Assembly (NCBI RefSeq): GCF_000025925.1 | Contig: NC_014033.1 | Coordinates: 3,210,001-3,242,000 of the forward strand | Length of the DNA stretch: 32,000 bases | Origin: Xylanibacter ruminicola 23 | GTDB lineage: Bacteria; Bacteroidota; Bacteroidia; Bacteroidales; Bacteroidaceae | Direction of reading: 5' to 3' | Shown here: piece by piece, positions 6,869 to 16,737 of the stretch | Layout of the letters: every line of letters starts with the position of its first letter | Numbering within the stretch: the first letter of the stretch is position 1 | Notes under the pieces: generated by a model | Seen by the model: the letters and a program-made list of their open reading frames with translations, nothing else | Databases searched by the model: none | What the model was told of the DNA's origin: nothing | Made by a program: the position numbers and the translations under genes

Positions 6869-9220
6869 TTACTCGTCGTAAACCATATCGGCTGTTGGGT
6901 TCTGATACCAGCCCCCTGTTTCGGCTCTTAGTGTCAGATCTGTTTGCTTACCCCATGCAACAAAGCCCTCGTAAGCATTGATGATATTTATGCGCTCTTT
7001 TGGCCACTTCCATTTGTCAGGGATGGCGATACCCAGTGGTGCCTGAGCCAGTCCGCTTGGGTTACCCTCCTTTACAATGCCAATAAAATCATTACTAAGC
7101 GACTTTGATAAATCATCTGGACTTGCACCAATTTTGAATGGGCGGATTTTAAAGTCGGCATTCTGGAAGTCGAAGTCGGCCGAAGGCTTGTCGATCGTTA
7201 CTGTTACGGCAGGCAGATCCACGCCGCGACCGCGACCTGTATTTACCATGGTTTTGCTAGGTGCACCGAATGCAGCGTGTACCTCAGCTCCATTGGGCCA
7301 ACTAATGCGTGTATCGCCTAAATATACGTAGTTGTCGTATTCGCAACCTGCTGCTACCAAAGTAATATCTATTTTGTTAGAGTTGCTACTATTCTGTTTC
7401 ACCTGAATCACCACGTCGTTCATATCAAAGTCGCACTTGGTGGTGTTATCCTCAAAGGCGTATGTCCAAGTCTGATTCTCGACAGGTGTTGGGGCAATTG
7501 GTGGGTTGCTAGTCCAGCTGGCACCACAATCGGTAGCATTATAGGTTGGATTTAACTCGCTGAATTCTACAACTTTTGTGTTCTCTCTGAATTCTACATC
7601 CGGACCATACCATTTATTATCTTTGCCCTGGTCGTTAAGGTTTTTAATGCCGATAAAGATCTTTCCTTCGGTTACTAAACTGTATCTATGAGCTTCCACG
7701 GTTGTTGTGCCACCCAGACGTACATAGTTGTTCTCGCCTGTTGCAATGAATCCCTGATAGGTATTATCGCCCTGGCCTTTCCAATGGCTATCGCCTTTGA
7801 TATTTATGCCAGCATTGCCATTCATGTTGATTCGGAAGTTGTTGATGATGGCTGTTTCTATTTCTGCGTAACTACCACTCATAAGATTGAATTGTCCATC
7901 GTGCATATAGGCTTGGCCATGAACAAACAATTGACAGTAGTTGTAGAAAGTAGAATTCCATGCACTGAATTCAATACTACCGGTTTCGTAATAGCCATTG
8001 TTAATCCAATAAATGTTTGACTGGGTTACGACCGTCTCATTAGTGATATTAACCTTTCCGCTGTTATAGAAATTACATGATGAGTTCAGTGTCATTGAAG
8101 GCGCGGTGATATTTGCATCATCGCCCATATTGATAAAGTATGAGGTATTGGCACTTCCAGGAGAATAACTCATAGGTCCACTAATGTTGAAATCTCCTTC
8201 GTTATAAATTGTGCTGAAGTTGCCAATATCATATCCTTCGGTGTTGGTAGCATTAATGGTGCCGCGGTTATACATCTTGATACCTTGATTGGCAGCAATA
8301 CTGTTACGCTGGTCGTTCAGTGTGGCCCCTGCGGCAACAGAAATTGAACCAGCCTGCTCGCCATAGTTGCTCTCCAGCGTTACATTACCTCTTAGAATAT
8401 ACAGGTTAAAGTGAGTGGAGCCATTTCTACGGATGGTTACATTACCATCTACGTTAACATACACATTATATAATTGTGGTACGCCATCAACAATATTCTG
8501 ATAAGTTCCTCCGAGTTCGAAAGTGCCTGCCTGGGTTATTTTTAGGTTGTAACCAGCCTTAATACGATTGACGTAAATTGCATATAAATCCCACATAGTT
8601 ACTGGTCCATATTGAGTTTGGACAGTTGTACCTTTGTAAAGCGTTTCAAGTTCTGAGACCTCATCTGCGTTAGCAGGGATTGATGTTGGGAAGGCTGATG
8701 CTAACTCGTCATTGCTGGGGAAATTAAAAGCATCGTATGTATCACCATTTACAGTAATACTTCTTGTACGTGCATTGGCAGTAGTGCTGAAGTCGTAGCT
8801 TGCATTAATCTGACCGTCTTCGATGTCAACGCACTTGTAAATCATATTGCCATCGCTCTCTTGCAGGCCCACAAAGGCTTTGGTCATATACTGTGGAATG
8901 CGGAATCCGCTAATGGTGGTGGTTGTACCTGTCATCGGTGCGCTGGCAAGTATGCTGCCATAGCCCTCGGCCAGTGGACTATTTGAAAATACATATACGG
9001 TGCCGTTGGTATCGCTCAGTCCCTTTACGTTAAAGGTGGCTGTAGCGGTAGTGGTCATCACCCAGTCCTGGTTGGCGGGGATGTAGAATCCAAGTGTTTG
9101 TTGGGCATTATCGAGTGAGGCCTGCTGCTCCTGCACTTCAACGTTAACCTCCTTCATACAAGAGGTCATAGCCACTCCCATAGTAAGGAATGCGAATCCA
9201 TTCAAAAGGTACTTTTTCAT
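6869..9220 (-). CDS. Surface lipoprotein with central beta-solenoid-like N/G-rich repeats and C-terminal LruC/DUF4842-like domain (protein C)
   Basis: 783-aa ORF with lipoprotein signal MKKYLLNGFAFLTMGVAMTSC. YN-G--NIT-type repeats recur about every 22 aa across aa ~250-520. Signature WTYAFEDNTTKCDFDMNDVVIQV and distal block APLGIAIPDKWKWPKERINIINAYEGF. Confidence 0.85.
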   Translation of the reverse strand: MKKYLLNGFAFLTMGVAMTSCMKEVNVEVQEQQASLDNAQQTLGFYIPANQDWVMTTTATATFNVKGLSDTNGTVYVFSNSPLAEGYGSILASAPMTGTTTTISGFRIPQYMTKAFVGLQESDGNMIYKCVDIEDGQINASYDFSTTANARTRSITVNGDTYDAFNFPSNDELASAFPTSIPANADEVSELETLYKGTTVQTQYGPVTMWDLYAIYVNRIKAGYNLKITQAGTFELGGTYQNIVDGVPQLYNVYVNVDGNVTIRRNGSTHFNLYILRGNVTLESNYGEQAGSISVAAGATLNDQRNSIAANQGIKMYNRGTINATNTEGYDIGNFSTIYNEGDFNISGPMSYSPGSANTSYFINMGDDANITAPSMTLNSSCNFYNSGKVNITNETVVTQSNIYWINNGYYETGSIEFSAWNSTFYNYCQLFVHGQAYMHDGQFNLMSGSYAEIETAIINNFRINMNGNAGINIKGDSHWKGQGDNTYQGFIATGENNYVRLGGTTTVEAHRYSLVTEGKIFIGIKNLNDQGKDNKWYGPDVEFRENTKVVEFSELNPTYNATDCGASWTSNPPIAPTPVENQTWTYAFEDNTTKCDFDMNDVVIQVKQNSSNSNKIDITLVAAGCEYDNYVYLGDTRISWPNGAEVHAAFGAPSKTMVNTGRGRGVDLPAVTVTIDKPSADFDFQNADFKIRPFKIGASPDDLSKSLSNDFIGIVKEGNPSGLAQAPLGIAIPDKWKWPKERINIINAYEGFVAWGKQTDLTLRAETGGWYQNPTADMVYDE

Positions 9221-9265
9221 ACTCTACTATTAGCTAAATTCTAAGTCAAATATATTTTTCCGGTG

Positions 9266-9273
9266 CAAAGATA
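9266..9273 (-). promoter_or_regulatory. -7 promoter box (TATCTTTG) for protein C
   Basis: Plus-strand caaagata equals minus-strand TATCTTTG. It lies 45 nt upstream of the ATG at 9220. Confidence 0.5.
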
Positions 9274-9318
9274 CGGACTTTATCTGTAGCAGCCAAATAT
9301 TTTTGCGAATATTATACA

Positions 9319-9377
9319 TTTTGAACAAATCAGAACGGTTTTGAACAAATCAGAAAACGTTGTAACTGATTTGAACA
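9319..9377 (+). repeat. Two tandem 17-nt direct repeats (TTTTGAACAAATCAGAA, 20-bp period) plus a third partial, partly inverted copy
   Basis: Identical 17-mers at 9319-9335 and 9339-9355. CTGATTTGAACA at 9366-9377 shares TTTGAACA in direct orientation, and its CTGATTTG is the inverse of CAAATCAG. Confidence 0.8.
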
Positions 9378-9462
9378 TAGGTGAAAAACAAAAGTACGCA
9401 ATCGAAAGCAACATTCTGAAAGATTGTTTACCTTTGCACTCGCAAGTTTCAAAATATTATCG

Positions 9463-9470
9463 TATATTTG
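9463..9470 (+). promoter_or_regulatory. -7 promoter box (TATATTTG) for the GH3-esterase operon; a second candidate TACCTTTG lies at 9429-9436
   Basis: Both match TAnnTTTG. They lie 46 nt and 80 nt upstream of the ATG at 9517. Confidence 0.45.
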
Positions 9471-9516
9471 CACCCAGAAACCAAATTCATAATAACTAAA
9501 AAATATAAATTAAACA

Positions 9517-11856
9517 ATGAAAATTTCGTTTCATAACATTTGTTTGGTTGTAATGGCTGTAGCTGCCATGTGTGGCTGCAGCCTTAATGCAACTGCCCAG
9601 CAGTTAAAGGCTGAAAACATTGATGAGATTGTAAAGGCAATGACCCTCGAAGAAAAGTGCCACATGGTACTGGGGCGCGGCATGCATTTTAACGATGAGG
9701 CCAAATTCCCTGGTACAGCCGGTAGTACATTCTCGGTGGCTCGTTTGGGTATCCCCGAAACCTATTGTGCCGACTCTCAGCAAGGCTTGCGCATGAATGC
9801 CACTCGTGCTTGGGATCATAACGATTACTATCCTACAGATTTCGTGGCTTCGATGACGTTGGCTTCTACCTGGGATCGCGAGGCAGCCTTTATGGTTGGT
9901 CAGGGTATTGGTAACGAGGTGCGTGAGTTCGGACTCGATTGGATTCTGTCGCCTGCCATGAATCTTATCCGTAACCCATTGTGTGGACGCAACCATGAGT
10001 ATTACTCTGAGGATCCTTATCTCTCAGGAACCATCGCTGCAGGCTATGTACGTGGCGTGCAGAGCGAGGGTACAGCTGCCTGCCCTAAGCACTTTGTGGC
10101 TAACAATCAGGAAACTAACCGCAATAACAATATCTCTCAGGTGTCGCAGCGTGCGCTCCGTGAGATTTATCTCAAGGCTTTTGAAATAATGGTTAAGGAG
10201 AGTGATCCTTGGACTATTATGACTTCTTATAATAAGCTGAATGGTCCATACGCTGTGCAGAATCGTGAACTGCTTACTACTATCGTTCGCGACGAGTGGG
10301 GCTGGAAGGGTATGTTTGTGAGCGACTGGAATGCTGGCGACGATGCCGTAGCTGCGATGCTTGCTGGCAACGATATGTTGCAGCCTGGTCAGGACAAGCA
10401 ATATCAGGCCATACTCGAGGCTGCCAAGAGTGGCAAATTGCCCATGGAGGTGCTCGATGCCAACGTTAAACGCATTCTTGAGTATGTGATAAAGACTCAT
10501 AACTTTAAAGGTTATAAGTATAACAACGAACCTGATTTAAAGGCTCATGCCCAGACGGTTCGTCAGGTAGGTGCCGATGGTATCGTACTGCTTAAGAATA
10601 GTGGTATTCTGCCATTGATGGGTAAGCGTGTGGCTCTGTTTGGTTGTACCAGCTACGACTGGATTTCTGGTGGTTCTGGTTTTGGTGGCACCTCAGTTGG
10701 TCACTATACCGTATCGCTTGTTGAGGGTATGCGCTCAGCTGGCTACGACGTTTATAAGCCACTGATTCGCGCCTATACCCAGCATATCGCTGCCGAGGAA
10801 AAGCGTTTGTTCCCCAATGGTCGTCCACCATTCTCACTCATGCCACCTGCACGTGCCGATGAGAAGCAGTTTACTGCCGATGAACTCAATGCTGCCATCG
10901 ACGGTTCGGATGTAGCTATCATATCTTTGGGTCGTAAGAGTGGTGAGGCTGCCGATCGCAGCGAGGCCGACTTCTACCTGAAAGAGGGCGAGAAGCAGCT
11001 CATCAAGGTTGTAAGCGAGGCTTATCATGCAAAGGGCAAGCAGGTAGTTGTATTGCTCGATATCTGTAGTCCTATCGACGTGGCATCGTGGCAGAACCAA
11101 GTTGATGCGCTGGTTTGCACATGGCAGGGCGGTCAGGAGAGTGGTTTTGCTGTGGCCGATGTACTGAGCGGCAAGGTGAACCCCAGCGGCAAACTGCCTA
11201 TGACCTTCCAAGTGAAGTATGGTGATGCCTATGCTGATAAGAATTTCCCTGCTCATGTGGACGATAAGACGATGGGCTCGATGTTTATGTGGGGGCGCAA
11301 CAAGGATGATGCCAAGAAACGTGAGCCCCAGGCTAATATCGACTTTACTAACTACGAGGAGGATATCTATGTAGGCTATCGCTACTTTGACAGCTTTGGA
11401 AAACCTGTGGCTTATCCCTTCGGATTCGGACTGAGCTATACCACCTTTGCTTATGAGAATATGTGTGTGAGCGAGGTAAATGGCATTTATACCATTAAGG
11501 TTGATGTGAAGAATACAGGCAAGAAGGCTGGTCGCAATGTGGTAGAGCTTTTTGTGGCTGCACCAAACAGCAAGAAACTGAACAAACCTGAAAAGGAACT
11601 GCGCAACTATGCTAAGACAAGTTTGCTGCAGCCTGGACAGACAGAGACTGTTACCATGCTGGTAAAGGTAGAGGACTTAGCATCGTTCAACGAGAAAGCT
11701 TCTGCTTGGAAAACCGATGCTGGTCGCTACAACTTCCTGATTTGTTCATCGGCTAACGATGTTGAGGCTAAGGCATCAGCAAATGTAAAGGGCTGGACTA
11801 AGAAGGTAAACAACGTAATGAAACCCAATGTGAAACTTAACTTATTAAAAAGGTAA
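9517..11856 (+). CDS. bglX: Glycoside hydrolase family 3 (beta-glucosidase/beta-xylosidase type), secreted or lipoprotein
   Basis: 779 aa with signal MKISFHNICLVVMAVAAMCGC. GH3 blocks are LTLEEKCHMV, NPLCGRNHEYYSEDPYL, KHFVANNQE, and GMFVSDWNA with the SDW nucleophile region. A C-terminal FnIII-like domain follows (GFGLSYTTF). Confidence 0.9.
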   Translation: MKISFHNICLVVMAVAAMCGCSLNATAQQLKAENIDEIVKAMTLEEKCHMVLGRGMHFNDEAKFPGTAGSTFSVARLGIPETYCADSQQGLRMNATRAWDHNDYYPTDFVASMTLASTWDREAAFMVGQGIGNEVREFGLDWILSPAMNLIRNPLCGRNHEYYSEDPYLSGTIAAGYVRGVQSEGTAACPKHFVANNQETNRNNNISQVSQRALREIYLKAFEIMVKESDPWTIMTSYNKLNGPYAVQNRELLTTIVRDEWGWKGMFVSDWNAGDDAVAAMLAGNDMLQPGQDKQYQAILEAAKSGKLPMEVLDANVKRILEYVIKTHNFKGYKYNNEPDLKAHAQTVRQVGADGIVLLKNSGILPLMGKRVALFGCTSYDWISGGSGFGGTSVGHYTVSLVEGMRSAGYDVYKPLIRAYTQHIAAEEKRLFPNGRPPFSLMPPARADEKQFTADELNAAIDGSDVAIISLGRKSGEAADRSEADFYLKEGEKQLIKVVSEAYHAKGKQVVVLLDICSPIDVASWQNQVDALVCTWQGGQESGFAVADVLSGKVNPSGKLPMTFQVKYGDAYADKNFPAHVDDKTMGSMFMWGRNKDDAKKREPQANIDFTNYEEDIYVGYRYFDSFGKPVAYPFGFGLSYTTFAYENMCVSEVNGIYTIKVDVKNTGKKAGRNVVELFVAAPNSKKLNKPEKELRNYAKTSLLQPGQTETVTMLVKVEDLASFNEKASAWKTDAGRYNFLICSSANDVEAKASANVKGWTKKVNNVMKPNVKLNLLKR

Positions 11857-13110
<1,254 letters not shown>

Positions 13111-13118
13111 TAGCAAAA

Positions 13119-13150
13119 AGAACCCTCGCCAATTGGTGAGGGTTCTTCTT
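13119..13150. terminator. Bidirectional intrinsic terminator between the esterase and the MgtC-family gene
   Basis: AGAACCCTC (13119-13127) pairs with GAGGGTTCT (13138-13146). An inner CC/GG pair extends the stem around an AATT loop. A-run upstream and T-rich tail downstream. Confidence 0.7.
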
Positions 13151-13599
13151 TATTTCTTATGCTTATCTATTTTTCGAAGTACAAAGTTAAAGGCCTCTAA
13201 ACCAACCAGTACTAAAACTGTGGATGCTATGGAGAGTACATACATACCGCCTCCACAAGCCAGACCGATGGCGGCTGTAACCCACAAACCTGCTGCGGTG
13301 GTTAAACCACGAACCACATTCTCGCTTTTATGGAAGATAATGGTACCGGCGCCAATAAAACCGATACCCGATACAACCTGGGCAGCTACACGCGAAACAT
13401 CCCAACGGTGTTCAGGCGTATTCATAACGCCGTCGAATCCGTAAGCCGAGACTATCATAAATACTGCCGAGCCTAATGCCACTAAAAAGTGGGTGCGCAA
13501 ACCTGCCTCTTTGGCTCGATATTCGCGCTCCAGTCCGATAGCACCTCCAAGGAGTGCGGCTACGAATATGCGTAATATAAACTCCCAAGTCATATCCAT
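13150..13599 (-). CDS. MgtC/SapB-family membrane protein
   Basis: 149 aa with blocks ALLGGAIGLEREYRAKEAGLRTHFLVALGSAVF and GIGFIGAGTII, characteristic of the MgtC N-terminal membrane domain. Confidence 0.8.
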   Translation of the reverse strand: MDMTWEFILRIFVAALLGGAIGLEREYRAKEAGLRTHFLVALGSAVFMIVSAYGFDGVMNTPEHRWDVSRVAAQVVSGIGFIGAGTIIFHKSENVVRGLTTAAGLWVTAAIGLACGGGMYVLSIASTVLVLVGLEAFNFVLRKIDKHKK

Positions 13600-13601
13600 A
13601 A

Positions 13602-14732
13602 CTATATCTTTTTACGATAACAACGATGTCGTCTGTGAATAGTGGCATCCAGATACTGCCACTGCGAGAGTACACCCTCGTTGGTCTCCATCTGCGGGCC
13701 TGTTTCTGCCCATTTAAAGCCATAGCGCTGGAACTGGCGAATCAGGTCATCGAAAATCAGGGCGTTGGCACCTTTGCCACGATACTCGGGTAGTACGCCT
13801 ATCAGTAGCAGGTCGACAGTATCGGTGTTATGCCATTTCAGTGTTTTCAGCAATTCCCACCAGCCAAAGGGCAGGAATCGGCCATCGCGAGTGCGCTGGA
13901 GGGTACGTGAGAATGAGGGGAAGGTTACACCAAATCCCACCATTTTATCGCCGTCCATAATTCCTGTAACCAGGTTCAGGTCGGCAATCTTAATGTAATC
14001 GTTCACCAGTTTGTCTATCTGGTGTTGTGAAAGTTCCGAGAATCCGTACAAATCCTTGTAGGTTGCATTCAACAGATGGAATACCTCGCGGCCCCAGCCA
14101 TCGCTTACCAGTTCCTTGCGGGTAAACTTATGTACCCTCAATCCATAGCGATTACGTACCATATCAGTAATCTTGGCAAACTTGGCAGGCACCACTTCGG
14201 GTACTTTCACCTTGCATTCTACATAGTCGTTGTCCTTTATGAATCCCCCCTTCTGTTCCATGTGTTGAGGATAGTAGGGGTAGTTGTAGTTAATGTACAT
14301 GGTAGATAACTGGTCGAATCCATCAACAAGCATGCCCTCACGGTCGGTATCGATAAAACCTAACGGACCGGCTATCTCTGTCATGCTTTTTGCTTTGCCC
14401 CAGTCTTCTACAGCTTTTAAGAGTGCTGTGCTCACTTCGGGGTCGTCGATAAAATCGAACCAACCGAAGCGTACCTGTCGGCACCCCCAGCGCTCATTGG
14501 CGCGATGGTTAATGATGGCAGCCACGCGTCCTGCAATCTCTCCATTCTTGTATGCTAAGAAATATTCTGCTTCACAGCATTCAAACGAAGGGTTCTTATC
14601 GCGACGAAGCGTTGACATCTCATCTGAAAAGAGATAGGGCACAGCACTGTCGCATCCCCTGTACAGGTCGTAATAGAACTGTACGAACTGCTTAAGCTCA
14701 CGCTTAGTTTCAACCCTTTTTATCTTTATCAT
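13602..14732 (-). CDS. GNAT-fold acyltransferase-like protein, uncharacterised two-lobe family
   Basis: Start set at MIKIKRVETKRELKQF because a -7 box lies inside the longer ORF. The C-terminal GNAT motif-A-like block is LLIGVLPEYRGKGANALIFDDL. The stop is 2 nt from the MgtC start. Confidence 0.6.
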   Translation of the reverse strand: MIKIKRVETKRELKQFVQFYYDLYRGCDSAVPYLFSDEMSTLRRDKNPSFECCEAEYFLAYKNGEIAGRVAAIINHRANERWGCRQVRFGWFDFIDDPEVSTALLKAVEDWGKAKSMTEIAGPLGFIDTDREGMLVDGFDQLSTMYINYNYPYYPQHMEQKGGFIKDNDYVECKVKVPEVVPAKFAKITDMVRNRYGLRVHKFTRKELVSDGWGREVFHLLNATYKDLYGFSELSQHQIDKLVNDYIKIADLNLVTGIMDGDKMVGFGVTFPSFSRTLQRTRDGRFLPFGWWELLKTLKWHNTDTVDLLLIGVLPEYRGKGANALIFDDLIRQFQRYGFKWAETGPQMETNEGVLSQWQYLDATIHRRHRCYRKKI

Positions 14733-14737
14733 AGGTG

Positions 14738-14745
14738 CAAAAGTA
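14738..14745 (-). promoter_or_regulatory. -7 promoter box (TACTTTTG) for the GNAT-MgtC pair
   Basis: Plus-strand caaaagta equals minus-strand TACTTTTG. It lies only 5 nt upstream of the ATG at 14732, implying a leaderless or near-leaderless mRNA. Confidence 0.4.
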
Positions 14746-14784
14746 ATACAAAAAAACGAAACTCGCAAACATTTATGAAGTTTT

Positions 14785-16677
14785 TTATAGGGCTTCTATG
14801 TAATCGTAGAGCTTCTTGTAGAATGGATGACGAGTCAGTGTCGAAGCATCTCCAAGTATGATTAGTTTCATTCGGGCACGGGTGATGGCTACATTCATAC
14901 GGCGCAAATCGCGTAGGAAACCAATCTGTCCTTCGTCGTTGGCACGTACCAGCGAAATCATAATAATGTCGCGCTCCTGTCCTTGGAATCCATCTACGGT
15001 ATTTATGCTGATAAGACTTTTGAAAGGCTTGAAGAATTCGCGCTTTTTCAGTTGTTGGCGCAGATACTGTACCTGGGCGCGATAGGGCGAAATCACACCC
15101 ACATCGATGCGTTCTTTGATTATACGTTCCTTACCAATCTTCTCAAAATACTGTTGCAGCGCCAGCATGGTCAATTCTGCCTCGGCCTTGTTAATTCTAC
15201 CAAAACTCTCGCCTACAAACTCTTCTTTGAATGTGATGCCGCTCTCCTCGGGGAAATCGAATTGTGAGGTGTCTATCCATGTCATCGGTACATCCAGGTC
15301 CAGAATGCTGCGATACTTTACATCTGGTGCACTTTCCACCTGGTTGTTGTAAAACCAGTCGCTCGAGAATCGCATAATCTCTTCGTTCATGCGGTATTGC
15401 ATCTTCAGCAGCGTCACCACTTCAGGCTTGTTTTCAACAATGCGCTCCATCAGTGTTTTGCCTAATCCTGCCTTCAGGGCCTCGTAGCACTTAACGGTGG
15501 GTGGCAACTGACAGTGGTCGCCAGCTAGTATTACTCTCGATACACGTCGCATAGGAATCCAGCAGGCTGCTTCGAGCGCCTGGGCTGCTTCGTCAATAAA
15601 TAAGGTGCCGAATTTCTGACCATCAAGCACTTTATTGGCCGAGCCTACCAAGGTGCAGGCTATCACACGTGCTTCGCTAAACAGATCGTTCTTGATGCGC
15701 AATTCCAGTTCGGTGGCTCGTTCCTTTAGGCGCTCCACCTTTTGGTGGAATTTCTGGTCGCCTCTTTTGCGATTGGCTCGAACCTCACGGATAGCCTTTC
15801 TTAATGCCCACAACATTTCATAGTCGGGATGGGCTTCAAAGCGGCGCTCGTAGGTAAACGATAGCATCTTATCGTTCACGCGGGTGGGATTTCCTATTCT
15901 CAGGACGTTTACGCCACGGTCGACTAATATCTCTGATATCCAGTCAACTGCCATGTTACTTTGAGCACACACCAATACTTGGCTTTCGCGCATTAACGTT
16001 TCGTAGATGGCTTCAACTAGTGTGGTAGTCTTGCCGGTTCCTGGAGGTCCGTGCACAATGGCTACATCCTTGGCTCTCAGCACCTTGTTTACAGCATCTT
16101 CCTGTGTGGCATTCAGATATGTGAAGTGTAGTGGACTGAAATTGAAAGTCTCAGCCTTCTGTCTGTTATAAAACAGGTCGCGTAGATAGCCTAATCGTCC
16201 TTTGGCGCTCATCACTCTGTCAAGCGCATCAAACATCATCTTATAGCTGGTCTCGTCGAAGAAGAGTTGTATTCCTAACTTTTCGGCATCCTGTATCTCT
16301 ACCAGTCCGATGCCATCGGGTACAGCTACTACCATTCTGTTGCCATCTACATAGCTCACACTGGCTGTCATCTTAAAATAGCTGATTTTCCCGTCGGCAT
16401 CCACGCTGAAGAATACTACGGGCTTGCCATATTCAAAATTATGTTCAATCTCCTCGTCGGTTTGTCTTAAAACCTCTATAACGCGTTGGTTCAGCGAGTT
16501 GTAATAAGTTTTGCTAACGGTGAGCGGAAACCATACGTCACCACGTTTTATCTTCCGCTGCAGCCCCATTTGTTCTGTCTGCTGGCGGAATTCTTCTTTC
16601 TCGGCCTCATACTCCATTTGTAGCAGTTGCCGTTGTTTCTGTAGTGCCAATATCGGCGAATCAAGTTGTTTTTCCAT
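14785..16677 (-). CDS. Superfamily 1 helicase, Upf1/DNA2/IGHMBP2-like (AAA_11/AAA_12 type)
   Basis: Walker A HGPPGTGKTTT, Walker B FIDEAAQ, then ILAGDHCQLPPTV, VDGFQGQERDIIMISLVR and RRMNVAITRAR. Start set at MEKQLDS (ATG at 16677) because the TTG-initiated extension overlaps the TAACTTTG box. Confidence 0.85.
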   Translation of the reverse strand: MEKQLDSPILALQKQRQLLQMEYEAEKEEFRQQTEQMGLQRKIKRGDVWFPLTVSKTYYNSLNQRVIEVLRQTDEEIEHNFEYGKPVVFFSVDADGKISYFKMTASVSYVDGNRMVVAVPDGIGLVEIQDAEKLGIQLFFDETSYKMMFDALDRVMSAKGRLGYLRDLFYNRQKAETFNFSPLHFTYLNATQEDAVNKVLRAKDVAIVHGPPGTGKTTTLVEAIYETLMRESQVLVCAQSNMAVDWISEILVDRGVNVLRIGNPTRVNDKMLSFTYERRFEAHPDYEMLWALRKAIREVRANRKRGDQKFHQKVERLKERATELELRIKNDLFSEARVIACTLVGSANKVLDGQKFGTLFIDEAAQALEAACWIPMRRVSRVILAGDHCQLPPTVKCYEALKAGLGKTLMERIVENKPEVVTLLKMQYRMNEEIMRFSSDWFYNNQVESAPDVKYRSILDLDVPMTWIDTSQFDFPEESGITFKEEFVGESFGRINKAEAELTMLALQQYFEKIGKERIIKERIDVGVISPYRAQVQYLRQQLKKREFFKPFKSLISINTVDGFQGQERDIIMISLVRANDEGQIGFLRDLRRMNVAITRARMKLIILGDASTLTRHPFYKKLYDYIEAL

Positions 16678-16686
16678 AAACGTGTG

Positions 16687-16694
16687 CAAAGTTA
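16687..16694 (-). promoter_or_regulatory. -7 promoter box (TAACTTTG) for the helicase
   Basis: Plus-strand caaagtta equals minus-strand TAACTTTG. It lies 9 nt upstream of the ATG at 16677. Confidence 0.45.
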
Positions 16695-16737
16695 GCAAAA
16701 AAATAGGAAAGTATTATCGACTTATCTTAAAAAATAG

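Noticed and set aside
2920-9220. Compositional island or horizontal-transfer signature for the LruC-like cluster
   Set aside because: Hand GC counts on single 60-nt samples gave about 40% for gene A, 48% for gene B and 45% for gene C, against about 55% for purL. This is suggestive at best and based on far too few bases. No tRNA, integrase or flanking direct repeats bound the block. A proper sliding-window GC and codon-usage analysis is required.
14785-16677. Upf1-like SF1 helicase as the core of a phage-defence system
   Set aside because: No nuclease, methyltransferase, TIR/SIR2, protease or other effector-type partner is adjacent. Its neighbours are a GNAT-like protein, an MgtC-family protein and pyridoxal kinase. 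It looks like the conserved stand-alone helicase of this phylum. Comparative genomics would be needed to overturn this.
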